A stretch of DNA of 64,000 nucleotides, taken from the IMG/VR virus record IMGVR_UViG_3300032241_002679, positions 77,844 through 141,843 of that record, one strand, 5' to 3'. Origin of the DNA: a virus. The notes under the pieces are model-generated. The model worked only from the letters and a program-made list of their open reading frames with translations. It was not told the DNA's origin and ran no database searches. This document shows positions 1 to 8,984 of this stretch, piece after piece. Every line of letters starts with the position of its first letter. The first letter of the stretch is position 1. Position numbers and translations under genes: made by a program.

Positions 1-534
1 AGTCAAATACAGACAAGCGTACCGTTTAGTTCTCTACAGACAATGAATACAAATGTAAGTAGTGCTACTAATCCTCTAGAAACAAGAAACGCTGTTTCAT
101 CATCATTAAATAGTATTGGAAATGATTTAGGTTCTTTAGCAACTAACCCAATTGATGCAAATACTATTAAATTAAATTTTATTCAATCATTAATTGATAA
201 TTTAATTAAATGCATTGTAGATACAATCTTATCCCCAAAAATTGTATCACTTTTTTTATTAAATTATAAAATTATAAATGGACCAACAGCAACATTTACT
301 GATGTTATTGATTTTATGGAAAAAAATAAAAATTTATTATATAATGTTATAAAGGGTATTTCAGCTTCAATAATTAAAGTATTATTAAAATTTGCTTTAG
401 GGGAAATTGGAAAATTGGTTACTGCATCTGTGGGGAAAAAATCATTAGATAAAAATAATTTATATATAGCACAATTATTAACATTAGTTGGTGTTCCGCC
501 AAGTATTATACAATTAATAAATAAACTAGTATGA
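1..534 (+). CDS. Hypothetical virion-module protein, 5'-truncated by the window edge
   Basis: Frame is open from position 1 through the called ATG at 43; ATGA overlap with the next gene. Confidence 0.6.
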   Translation, partial: SQIQTSVPFSSLQTMNTNVSSATNPLETRNAVSSSLNSIGNDLGSLATNPIDANTIKLNFIQSLIDNLIKCIVDTILSPKIVSLFLLNYKIINGPTATFTDVIDFMEKNKNLLYNVIKGISASIIKVLLKFALGEIGKLVTASVGKKSLDKNNLYIAQLLTLVGVPPSIIQLINKLV

Positions 535-980
535 GTGATGTAAATACAGGAATGCAATCGCAAACTCCTACAAATAATTTTGATTTTAGTTCCATTAGTG
601 ATGTATTAAATGTCGTTAGTTCTTCATTTAGTATATCAGATACCCCTATAACACCTCTTCCACCACCACTTATATTAATTGGTGGTGTACTTAGAACTGG
701 GTTGAGTGCTGATGAAATAGCATCAAATATTATATCAAGACAATCAGAAGCTGGATTAATTGTTGGGGATGCATTTGCTGATGGAAAAAATTCATTAGAA
801 CAAATGGAATTGATAAGAATTCAAGAAATAATAAAGGCACTAATGCTTAATGCTAAAATAGAAGTTGTAATCCCACCAGGTGTTTCTGTTACATCCGTTG
901 GTATAGGTAATTTAGGGGCACCAGTATTATCATTAGGTTATACAACAACTATTGGTTCTGGATATGGTGTAATACGTTAA
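531..980 (+). CDS. Hypothetical protein of the baseplate region
   Basis: 149-aa ORF translationally coupled in a + strand operon ahead of the gp5-like gene. Confidence 0.55.
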   Translation: MSDVNTGMQSQTPTNNFDFSSISDVLNVVSSSFSISDTPITPLPPPLILIGGVLRTGLSADEIASNIISRQSEAGLIVGDAFADGKNSLEQMELIRIQEIIKALMLNAKIEVVIPPGVSVTSVGIGNLGAPVLSLGYTTTIGSGYGVIR

Positions 981-990
981 ATTTTTTAAT

Positions 991-1170
991 ATGACAGTAA
1001 ATTTTGAGGAAATGTCTAATAATGAAATACTCTTTCATATAAAACAATTAGAAGCTGATCATGAGGCTATAAAAATTAAAATGCTTAGGGATTATGATAA
1101 AATGATTGAATTAGAAAATGAATTTGATAAAGCAAATAAAATTTTATTAAAAAGATTAAAAGGCGAATAA
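991..1170 (+). CDS. Small coiled-coil protein, 59 aa, missing from the ORF track
   Basis: ATG991 reads MTVNFEEMSNNEILFHIKQLEADHEAIKIKML...KRLKGE, TAA at 1168-1170; fills the gap exactly. Confidence 0.7.
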   Translation: MTVNFEEMSNNEILFHIKQLEADHEAIKIKMLRDYDKMIELENEFDKANKILLKRLKGE

Positions 1171-1171
1171 C

Positions 1172-2149
1172 ATGGCTGGTGGAGAATATAAATATATATT
1201 TGGACAGAATAAATTAGTTCCTAATGAAGAAGCTCTTAAAAGGGTTCAAATTGGTATTGTGGCTAGCGTTGATGATCCAAATTCATTGGGGAGAATAAAA
1301 GCAGTTATCCAAGGACCAGCACAAAAAGGAGGTGATGACGGATTATCATTAGATGAATTAGCTTGGTGTTATCCAATGGTACCAAAATTTTTCTTATCAA
1401 CACCAAAAGTCGGTGAGGCTGTATTTATCTTTATTCTTAATGATAAAAAAACACATGCTGATAGATTATATCTCGGCCCAATAATTTCTCAGTTAAATAA
1501 GTTAGATTATGACTCAATTAATTCAACAGCCCTAAGCTCATTTAGTTTTGCTCTATTAAATCCAACATCTAATTTTGATACAATACCAGCATTAAAAGGT
1601 GTATTTCCATTAGTTGATGATATTTCAATCCAAGGTAGATATAACACAGATATTATACTGAGAGAAAATGAAATATTAATAAGAGCTGGTAAATTTGTTG
1701 AAAGTACGCCAACACAGACTAATCCATATAATTTTCAATTTAATAATACCACACAGGGTTATTTTCACATAAAAAATAATGTATACCTTGAAGCACAGAG
1801 TAAATCAGATACAAGAGCAAAGGGTAGTGTCGCTAATATTATAGCAAACAAAATAAATTTAATATCTCTTAATGGTACGCCACAATTTAATGTTTTACAA
1901 CAAGACGGACAAATAAATGATGATGAAATATTAAATATAATTCAAAAAGCCCATCCAGTTCCATTTGGTGATTTACTTGTAGAATATCTTAAACTATTTA
2001 AAAAAGCATTTTTAAACCACGTACATAATGCATATGGTCAAGCACCACCCACAGATCTCACAAGTGGAACTTTAAATGTCACTGATTTTAGAAATAAATC
2101 CGATGATTTAGAAGCTAGAATGTTATCCAAAAATATTAATATTAACTAA
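1172..2149 (+). CDS. Baseplate hub/spike protein (gp5/Vgr-like OB fold)
   Basis: N-terminal GIVASVDDPNSLGRIKA...PKVGEAVFI OB-fold motif; C-terminal HVH spike-tip motif. Confidence 0.75.
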   Translation: MAGGEYKYIFGQNKLVPNEEALKRVQIGIVASVDDPNSLGRIKAVIQGPAQKGGDDGLSLDELAWCYPMVPKFFLSTPKVGEAVFIFILNDKKTHADRLYLGPIISQLNKLDYDSINSTALSSFSFALLNPTSNFDTIPALKGVFPLVDDISIQGRYNTDIILRENEILIRAGKFVESTPTQTNPYNFQFNNTTQGYFHIKNNVYLEAQSKSDTRAKGSVANIIANKINLISLNGTPQFNVLQQDGQINDDEILNIIQKAHPVPFGDLLVEYLKLFKKAFLNHVHNAYGQAPPTDLTSGTLNVTDFRNKSDDLEARMLSKNININ

Positions 2150-2176
2150 TATTGTGATATTTATTATAAAAAGATA

Positions 2177-3592
2177 ATGGTATTAAGAACCTTTTTTGAT
2201 AAAACTAACACTATTGTTTATAATGATTACACCAATACTGGTAGAAACCCAATTGCTCAATTATTCTATGGTGGCTCAGATGGACTAAATACATATAGCC
2301 GTCTGTTATTTCATTTTGATGAATCTAGATTAATTAATTACTATACTGGTGGCACTTTTACAGATTTAAATAAAGTAAAACATATACTTAAATTAACAAA
2401 TACTAGTTCGTTTGATAAATCATTATTAAATACTTCATACGATGGTATATATAATAGAAGCTCATCATTTGATTTAATTGTTTTCCCAGTTAATCAAATC
2501 TGGGACGAAGGTGTTGGTTATGATTATACAAATGGTTCAAATTTAATAAATGGAGATTTGGCTGTTTCTACATTGCCATCTAACTGGTTTTATTCACAGA
2601 GTGGTATATATTGGGATAATGGTGGTGGTACTTTTTCAGGATCACCATCAGAAATGATCATAGCGACACAACATTTCGATGCTGGTAATGAAAATATGGA
2701 AGTTGATGTAACTGATTTTGTGAATGGTATATTAACTGGTAATACAAATTATGGAATGGGTATAGCATATTCTTATGCATTTGAACAAACAAGTACGCCA
2801 CAAATACAGTATGTAGGATTTTTTACAAGACATACTCAAACTGCTTATGAGCCATATATAGAAACAAGATATGAAAACTATATTCAAGACGATAGAAATA
2901 ACTTCTTTCTAGATAAGATTAACAAATTGTATTTATACGTTAATTTGGCTGGAAATCCGACCAATTTAGATACACTACCTACTGTTACAGTATATGATAA
3001 TTATGGTGGCATATTTTCAGCCTATACAAGCTCTGACGTAAATCATATAACTAAAGGCGTTTATAGTATAGATTTACTCATACCAACAAATACATCATTT
3101 AGCGATGGTATGCTATTAAATGATGTATGGGGTAATATTCTTATTAATGGTATATCAAGACCAGATATAAAACTTAGCTTTGAATTAATGGATAGTTGGA
3201 AATACTATAATCTAGGTAGTAGCGATTCATTACCAAAACAAGTAGCTGTAACCGTATCTGGAATATATGCAAATGAAAAAATTAAACGTGGTGATATTAG
3301 AAAAGTAATTGTATCAACAAGAATACCATATACCGTTAATCAGACCCAAGTAATAACTGGATTAAAATATAGACTATACGTAACAGAAGGACAAAATGAA
3401 TTAACTATTGTTGATTATGAACAAATAGAAATGACTAGCAATAGTAATTACTTTTTAATAGATACACAGAGTTTATTACCAAATACTTATTATGTAGATA
3501 TAAAAGTAGAATCTAATTTAGAAATTATTACATTAAGTAATGTATTAAATTTTGATATAACAAGTCAATCAACATGGAGAATTAGCCAATAA
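2177..3592 (+). CDS. Virion structural protein, beta-rich
   Basis: 471 aa, beta-rich, next to baseplate genes, preceded by ATATTTAT at 2157-2164. Confidence 0.55.
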   Translation: MVLRTFFDKTNTIVYNDYTNTGRNPIAQLFYGGSDGLNTYSRLLFHFDESRLINYYTGGTFTDLNKVKHILKLTNTSSFDKSLLNTSYDGIYNRSSSFDLIVFPVNQIWDEGVGYDYTNGSNLINGDLAVSTLPSNWFYSQSGIYWDNGGGTFSGSPSEMIIATQHFDAGNENMEVDVTDFVNGILTGNTNYGMGIAYSYAFEQTSTPQIQYVGFFTRHTQTAYEPYIETRYENYIQDDRNNFFLDKINKLYLYVNLAGNPTNLDTLPTVTVYDNYGGIFSAYTSSDVNHITKGVYSIDLLIPTNTSFSDGMLLNDVWGNILINGISRPDIKLSFELMDSWKYYNLGSSDSLPKQVAVTVSGIYANEKIKRGDIRKVIVSTRIPYTVNQTQVITGLKYRLYVTEGQNELTIVDYEQIEMTSNSNYFLIDTQSLLPNTYYVDIKVESNLEIITLSNVLNFDITSQSTWRISQ

Positions 3593-3957
3593 TGAAAACA
3601 TTTTTTAAAATATTATTATCCGATAGTAATAAAATATCTATGAAAAGATTCATAGGATTATTATGTCTTATTATGTTTATAGCCTATGGAATTGTTGGTC
3701 TATATAAACCATTTAACCAAAGTTTCTGGATATTCTATGTAAGTCTATGTACCATAACCATTTGGATCGCATTTAAATTTATGACATCCGATAAAATTCT
3801 TAAATATGATGTAATTGGTAAACTTACAAAATTTAATAATATTAAAAATGCTGTTGAAAATTTTACAGAAGAAGAAAATGAATTAGATGATAATATTCAA
3901 CCAAATAATACAGCCTCAGGATCTACTTCAAATACAACATCCGCTCCAATGGAATAA
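3592..3957 (+). CDS. Small two-TM membrane protein (holin-like candidate)
   Basis: Two hydrophobic helices after SMKRFIG; polar tail. Confidence 0.45.
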   Translation: MKTFFKILLSDSNKISMKRFIGLLCLIMFIAYGIVGLYKPFNQSFWIFYVSLCTITIWIAFKFMTSDKILKYDVIGKLTKFNNIKNAVENFTEEENELDDNIQPNNTASGSTSNTTSAPME

Positions 3958-4017
3958 TTTTTAAAAATTACTTGACTATTTAATAATTATTATTATATTT
4001 TATTTACGTTAACTCAA

Positions 4018-4075
4018 GTATTGGAACCCAGAATTAAATGTCTGTTGAGTCATTAAATGACAAAGGTTTTAGTAC
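4018..4075 (+). promoter_or_regulatory. Putative structured 5' leader RNA (three-way junction with two ATTAAATG hairpins)
   Basis: 4018-4028 pairs with 4065-4075; hairpins caga-ATTAAATG-tctg (4029-4044) and gtcATTAAATGac (4049-4061). Confidence 0.55.
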
Positions 4076-4106
4076 ATAATAACAAAAAAATTAAAAGTTA
4101 ATTATT

Positions 4107-4964
4107 ATGAAAAAAAACTATGTAAATGGTGCATTGGCACCAAGTGCTGTGATTTGTATTAACAAATCCAGACTAAAAATCTATCACAAAGAAAGTAATC
4201 CGACCTATTATCTAGAAAATGGTCAGGAATTCTCAATTGAACTTCACAATCCAACTCACAATACCGTTCTAGCTAAAATAGAGCTTAATGGTAAGCAGAT
4301 CTCACAGGGTGGTATAGTATTAAGGCCAGCAGAAAGAATCTTCCTAGAGCGTTATATAGACGTTCCTAATAAGTTTAAATTTGAGACATATAAGGTCTCA
4401 AATACTAAAGAAAATAGGGAAGCAATAAAGGAAAATGGGGATATTGTCGTTAGGTTTTATAATGAATCAACACCATATACCACATATACATATAATCCAA
4501 TCCTTACCAATGGTACATATTATAATAATAATTTACAATATTATTATAATAACCCTAACTTTACTACTGCATCACCTAAGTTTACGGTAACTACTACCAA
4601 TGGAATTGCTACTAGTGGTTCTTATAGTGCATTAAATGCATTAAACACTACCAATACCTTTAATTCATCTGGTACATTGAATATGACCACAATGGATGCT
4701 TTTGCTGGTAACGCTACAAGTAATTATACATCATCAATAGAGACTGGTCGTGTTGAAGGTGGAAGTGATTCAAATCAGAAATTTCAATTTGTAAACAAAA
4801 TGTTTGATAATTATCCGTTTTTTACTGTTGAATATAAATTACTACCATTTTCCAATAAAATTAATACTGTGGGGGATATTAATGTTAAAAGATATTGTCA
4901 CAATTGTGGGGCAAAATTAAAATCAGAATACAAATATTGTCCACACTGTTCTGTAAAAATATAA
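4107..4964 (+). CDS. Hypothetical protein with beta-sandwich-like N-terminus and C-terminal zinc ribbon
   Basis: CHNC...CPHC at the C-terminus; T/N/Y-rich linker; own promoter-like TTGACT at 3972 and own terminator. Confidence 0.7.
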   Translation: MKKNYVNGALAPSAVICINKSRLKIYHKESNPTYYLENGQEFSIELHNPTHNTVLAKIELNGKQISQGGIVLRPAERIFLERYIDVPNKFKFETYKVSNTKENREAIKENGDIVVRFYNESTPYTTYTYNPILTNGTYYNNNLQYYYNNPNFTTASPKFTVTTTNGIATSGSYSALNALNTTNTFNSSGTLNMTTMDAFAGNATSNYTSSIETGRVEGGSDSNQKFQFVNKMFDNYPFFTVEYKLLPFSNKINTVGDINVKRYCHNCGAKLKSEYKYCPHCSVKI

Positions 4965-4984
4965 ATAAATAATTGAGTTAACGT

Positions 4985-5013
4985 AAAAAGCTGAGATTTA
5001 CTCAGCTTTTTTT
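4985..5013. terminator. Bidirectional intrinsic terminator
   Basis: aaaaagctgag-attta-ctcagcttttttt between convergent genes. Confidence 0.8.
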
Positions 5014-5016
5014 AAT

Positions 5017-5415
5017 TTAAACGGTATATTTAATTTTGTCATCATCCGCAACATTTGTCTTTAATTCTGATTTTTGAAGTATTTTAATAGCGTTATCTAT
5101 AGATATTATTTTAAACATAGTAAAAGGAACAATACCATCCCATACTACCTCTTCTGCATAACCATATTTTGGCAATTTATTCGTCTTAAATAATATAGCA
5201 ACTTGTCTTTTTTCATTCTTTGGTAAAACAGCACCTTTATTATATATTCCCCATTTTGCTGAAACCGCCCATGTACTAAAACCATCCTTACCTAATGATT
5301 TTTTATCAATTATATTTTTACTATTTTCTAATGTAGTAAAATGTATAAACATATCATCACTTAAACTTTTTTTAATTAGTTCTTCTTTTAATATTTTTTT
5401 TATGAACAATTTCAT
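5017..5415 (-). CDS. Putative internal head protein, ART-like fold candidate
   Basis: Likely start MKLFIKKILKEE, 4 nt after ATATTTAT; FIHFTTLENSKNII motif. The ORF-track extension runs through the MCP terminator. Confidence 0.55.
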   Translation of the reverse strand: MKLFIKKILKEELIKKSLSDDMFIHFTTLENSKNIIDKKSLGKDGFSTWAVSAKWGIYNKGAVLPKNEKRQVAILFKTNKLPKYGYAEEVVWDGIVPFTMFKIISIDNAIKILQKSELKTNVADDDKIKYTV

Positions 5416-5441
5416 AATAATAAATATTGTCTTTAAAACAA

Positions 5442-5467
5442 AAAAGCCCCACATAAGTAGGGCTTTT
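5442..5467 (-). terminator. Intrinsic terminator of the capsid operon
   Basis: aaaagccc...gggctttt just downstream of the MCP stop. Confidence 0.75.
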
Positions 5468-5488
5468 AAGTTTATATTCTTGAATCGA

Positions 5489-7381
5489 TTATCTCAATTC
5501 AGCTACATTAAATGTAACCACACCATCAACTCTAACACCAGCATAGAATCTGTTATTAACAGATTTCTTAGCATAACGTGTCATGATACCTTTAACAGGA
5601 GCAAAGTTGAAAGGATTGTACATAGTTGGGGTTAATTGCAATGGCACATATGGCGCATAGATATAACCAGTATCCAACAATGATTTACCTTTATGACCTA
5701 CAATGACACTGTAAGCAGGAGAATAAGGGTCACGATACACTTGGTAACGACCACTCAATGTTCCAATTCTTTCAATACCCATGTTATATTGGTCTTGCTC
5801 AGGGTTAGCATCACTTACGTGGAAATATTCAAGATCATCGAATATTGCAGAAATTTCTGAAGATACTACGATGAAGTTTGCACCACCACGCAATGTTGAT
5901 TTATGAATTTGTGCGCTAAGTTGATTAATCTTAGTGATAAGAGTTTGGTTCCAGTCTTTTTGTGTATAAGGACTAGCAGCTGAAGAAGCTTTTCTCCAAC
6001 CATTATAATCCCAACGCAATTGCCAAGCACCAAGTTTACGTAAATCTCTAAGGATTTCACGGTCAATTTCAGCAGCAATTTGTTCAGACAACATAGCAGT
6101 CAATTCAGCTTCAGCGTCAATGTTATGGAAAGCACTAACGTCTTGAGCCAATTCAGGTGACCACGTTGCTCTTAATTTTCTTTCTTCAACAGCCACAACA
6201 ACTTCTTGAAGTGTGAAGGTAACTTCTCCAAGTTCTGTTTCAAGTTCCAAAGAACTATATTCAGCCCATGCAAAAGAGAAAATATTAGTATATGCTGATG
6301 CTGTAGAACCAGAAGCTCCTACATAACCATCATAAGTTGATGTACCGTTAACGGCAGCACCAGTAGCAGATGTACCAACTGGATGTCTAAGATCCATCTC
6401 AATATATATTACACCTTGTGGTGATGTTAATGAACCTTTATTTTGAACAATAGCCTTACCATATTGTTGAGTTACTACTCTGAAAGGAACTTCTTTATTA
6501 GCAGCAACAATAACGTTATTATCTTGGTCCAAAATGTTTGAAGAAGTAACACAGTGTAATGAAGCTAAGAAAGATTCAGTATCCATGTTATTACCATCTG
6601 GTCCTGTTAATACTTCAGTACCATTAGAACCACCAGCACCGCCACTAAATCCACTTAAACCGATAATTACACCTCTCAATGAACCATCAGTACTTGTAGG
6701 TAAAGAAGAAGCTGGAGCAGCTACATTAAGATTACCAGTTGAATCAAATGTATAAGCGTTTAATGAAACACCAGTACCTGCACCAGAAGTTTTAATAGTC
6801 AAAGTACCTTTAGAATTATCAAACAAGCCATCATTGTAGAAAATATCATACAAATTTTTAGCATAGAATTGAGTTAATGGTGTGTTATTTGTAGCTTTTA
6901 CTACTGCATAAGGTAATGCAGCATTTGTAGCAGAACCATTGTGTTCACCATTCAATCCAGTATGTGCTGAATATGTTGTACCATATACATCACTACTTGA
7001 AGTTGTGCTATAATCATTTCCTGCAACACCACCACCGTCAACACGGCTAGATGTCTGAGGTACGAAGTAGAACAATTTACCGATAGGCATGTTCATTGCT
7101 TGAACAGATACGATATCGTTAGCCAATAATTTAGAGAATACTCTTCTCACAATTGGGAATACAACTGTTTCGAAAGAACCTGATGAAGTAGCAGTTGTAG
7201 ACTCATTCAAAAGCGTTGATGCTTGGTTCTCATATAATTGGGCAATGTTTTCTTTTACATGACCTTTAAGGCCTTCCAAGAATCCCAAGCTATCCCATTT
7301 TGCTTGAGTTTCTTTACGGATTGCTTTCATATGGTTCAATCCGATGTTACCAACTTGTCCTGATGTTAATAAATGTGACAT
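5489..7381 (-). CDS. gp23: Major capsid protein (T4 gp23-like)
   Basis: VSVQAMNMPIGKLFY, RKLRATWSPELAQD..AFHNIDAEAEL..LSEQIAAEIDREI, YAPYVPL, GIMTRYA motifs. Confidence 0.97.
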   Translation of the reverse strand: MSHLLTSGQVGNIGLNHMKAIRKETQAKWDSLGFLEGLKGHVKENIAQLYENQASTLLNESTTATSSGSFETVVFPIVRRVFSKLLANDIVSVQAMNMPIGKLFYFVPQTSSRVDGGGVAGNDYSTTSSSDVYGTTYSAHTGLNGEHNGSATNAALPYAVVKATNNTPLTQFYAKNLYDIFYNDGLFDNSKGTLTIKTSGAGTGVSLNAYTFDSTGNLNVAAPASSLPTSTDGSLRGVIIGLSGFSGGAGGSNGTEVLTGPDGNNMDTESFLASLHCVTSSNILDQDNNVIVAANKEVPFRVVTQQYGKAIVQNKGSLTSPQGVIYIEMDLRHPVGTSATGAAVNGTSTYDGYVGASGSTASAYTNIFSFAWAEYSSLELETELGEVTFTLQEVVVAVEERKLRATWSPELAQDVSAFHNIDAEAELTAMLSEQIAAEIDREILRDLRKLGAWQLRWDYNGWRKASSAASPYTQKDWNQTLITKINQLSAQIHKSTLRGGANFIVVSSEISAIFDDLEYFHVSDANPEQDQYNMGIERIGTLSGRYQVYRDPYSPAYSVIVGHKGKSLLDTGYIYAPYVPLQLTPTMYNPFNFAPVKGIMTRYAKKSVNNRFYAGVRVDGVVTFNVAELR

Positions 7382-7401
7382 AGTGTTATTTGTTTTTTTT
7401 T

Positions 7402-8850
7402 TTAATACTTATCTTTATTTTCAACTCTCTTAATCAAATCTTTAATTCTTTGAGTTGAAGGGTCAACATATGCATTTGCTTCGTTTAATTGTTTTGAAGT
7501 GCTACTTGTGACCTCTTTTATTATTTTGTTCCCTAAAGCTTCATTTATTGGTTTTCTTGTACCCAATTCATTAGCAATAGTCTTGTATAATTTTTTAGAT
7601 TCTTTAAGGTTTGTTACTTCCTCATCAAATCTTTGAATTATTTTTTTCTTTTCATCCTTAGTAGTAGAGTGTTCCATAAACAATTTAGTTACGTAACTTA
7701 AATTGCTATTGAATACAACTGTTTCTACTAACATGCTTCTGAACTTCTTAAGAGCCTTTCTGAACTCTTCATTTTCGTTCTTAAGTTGTGTAGCTTCGTT
7801 CAACAATTTCTTGTATTTTACTTCGGCTTCAGAAACAATAGACTTTGTGGAACTTTTAGATTCTGTTTTAATTGCACCATATTCCTGACCGAATTTAGCA
7901 CCAGCGCCTTTTGGTTGCCCAATATCAGCACCAGCACCACCCTTGTGACGGGATTGAGCATTTCCGACTGGAATGGCTTCTTCAACAACATCTTCATCTT
8001 CCTGATCAACTTCAGTTATTGATTCATCTTCTTCATCTTCTTCAGCCTCTGTCATTGATTCATCTTCTTCAGTTTCTGTAATGTTGTCTTTAGGATTACC
8101 TTTTTTTGTGGGTTTCATTTCATCATGGTCGGCACCTTTCATATGTTCTTTGATTTCAGATTCGTCTTCCTCATCTTCTTCCTCATCTTCCTCTTCTTCT
8201 TCATCATCTTCATTAGGTTCCTCATCCATATCAATTTCATATGTTAGGCCTTCATCCTCATTATCCATGTCTTCCATTTCTTCCATGTCTTCTTCGCCAG
8301 ATGTCTCCATACCAAGGTCTCCCTTTTTGACGATGTACTCACCTGGTTCAGAAATGTTGAGATGAATTTCATCTCCCACGATTTCAATTTCATCATCACC
8401 ACTCAATTTCTTGTAGATAGCAATAACGTCATCATCTGATGCACCTGTCATGTCTAATTCATCCCCTCCAAACGCATCTGCGTCCATTCCTGCTTCTTGG
8501 TCTTCTGGACCAACTTCAGCTGAGGCTGGAATCTCGGTGTCATCATCACTGTCCATGGCTTCAGGTTCGTCATCAATTGTTACATCTCCTTTATCACCAA
8601 TTTCATCAGAAGGCTCATCACCATCTTTTTCAATTGGTTCATCAGTTTCAGTTTCATCTGATTCCATACCATCATCATCAACAGCTTCTTCTTCGTAATC
8701 ACTTTCTTCTTTAAGTGATTCTTTCACAACACCATCAATTTCTTCTTTCGCAACGGAACGAAGTATTTCTTTGGTATTGGCATTTAAAGCCTCTTGAATT
8801 TTTTTCAAATCCAAAATAGCTCCTTCTAAAATTTCTTTTTTTTCTGCCAT
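7402..8850 (-). CDS. Prohead scaffold/core protein (gp22-like position)
   Basis: Very acidic middle, coiled-coil C-terminus, many [ILV]xE sites, located between protease and MCP. Confidence 0.8.
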   Translation of the reverse strand: MAEKKEILEGAILDLKKIQEALNANTKEILRSVAKEEIDGVVKESLKEESDYEEEAVDDDGMESDETETDEPIEKDGDEPSDEIGDKGDVTIDDEPEAMDSDDDTEIPASAEVGPEDQEAGMDADAFGGDELDMTGASDDDVIAIYKKLSGDDEIEIVGDEIHLNISEPGEYIVKKGDLGMETSGEEDMEEMEDMDNEDEGLTYEIDMDEEPNEDDEEEEEDEEEDEEDESEIKEHMKGADHDEMKPTKKGNPKDNITETEEDESMTEAEEDEEDESITEVDQEDEDVVEEAIPVGNAQSRHKGGAGADIGQPKGAGAKFGQEYGAIKTESKSSTKSIVSEAEVKYKKLLNEATQLKNENEEFRKALKKFRSMLVETVVFNSNLSYVTKLFMEHSTTKDEKKKIIQRFDEEVTNLKESKKLYKTIANELGTRKPINEALGNKIIKEVTSSTSKQLNEANAYVDPSTQRIKDLIKRVENKDKY

Positions 8851-8984
8851 TGTATTTTTTTTTATTTTTCTATTATAATTTGTATTTGCAGTTGCAGATA
8901 CTTTTCAATAAAATAATGGGAATTATCCACTTACATAATAAATATGTCTTATTTATCAAAAAATCATTTTAAGATTAAAATATT

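Larger units (their letters stand above)
4003..4987. repeat. Perfect 15-bp inverted repeat enclosing gene 4107-4964
   Basis: tttacgttaactcaa (4003-4017) is the exact reverse complement of ttgagttaacgtaaa (4973-4987). Confidence 0.9.

Noticed and set aside
4003-4987. Transposon or MITE reading of the 15-bp inverted repeat
   Set aside because: No transposase motif in the enclosed gene and no evident target-site duplication
7703-8714. Ser-rich + strand ORFs opposite the scaffold gene, and similar antisense ORFs such as 12969-13628 and 43433-43939
   Set aside because: Shadow frames produced by biased codon use on the coding strand
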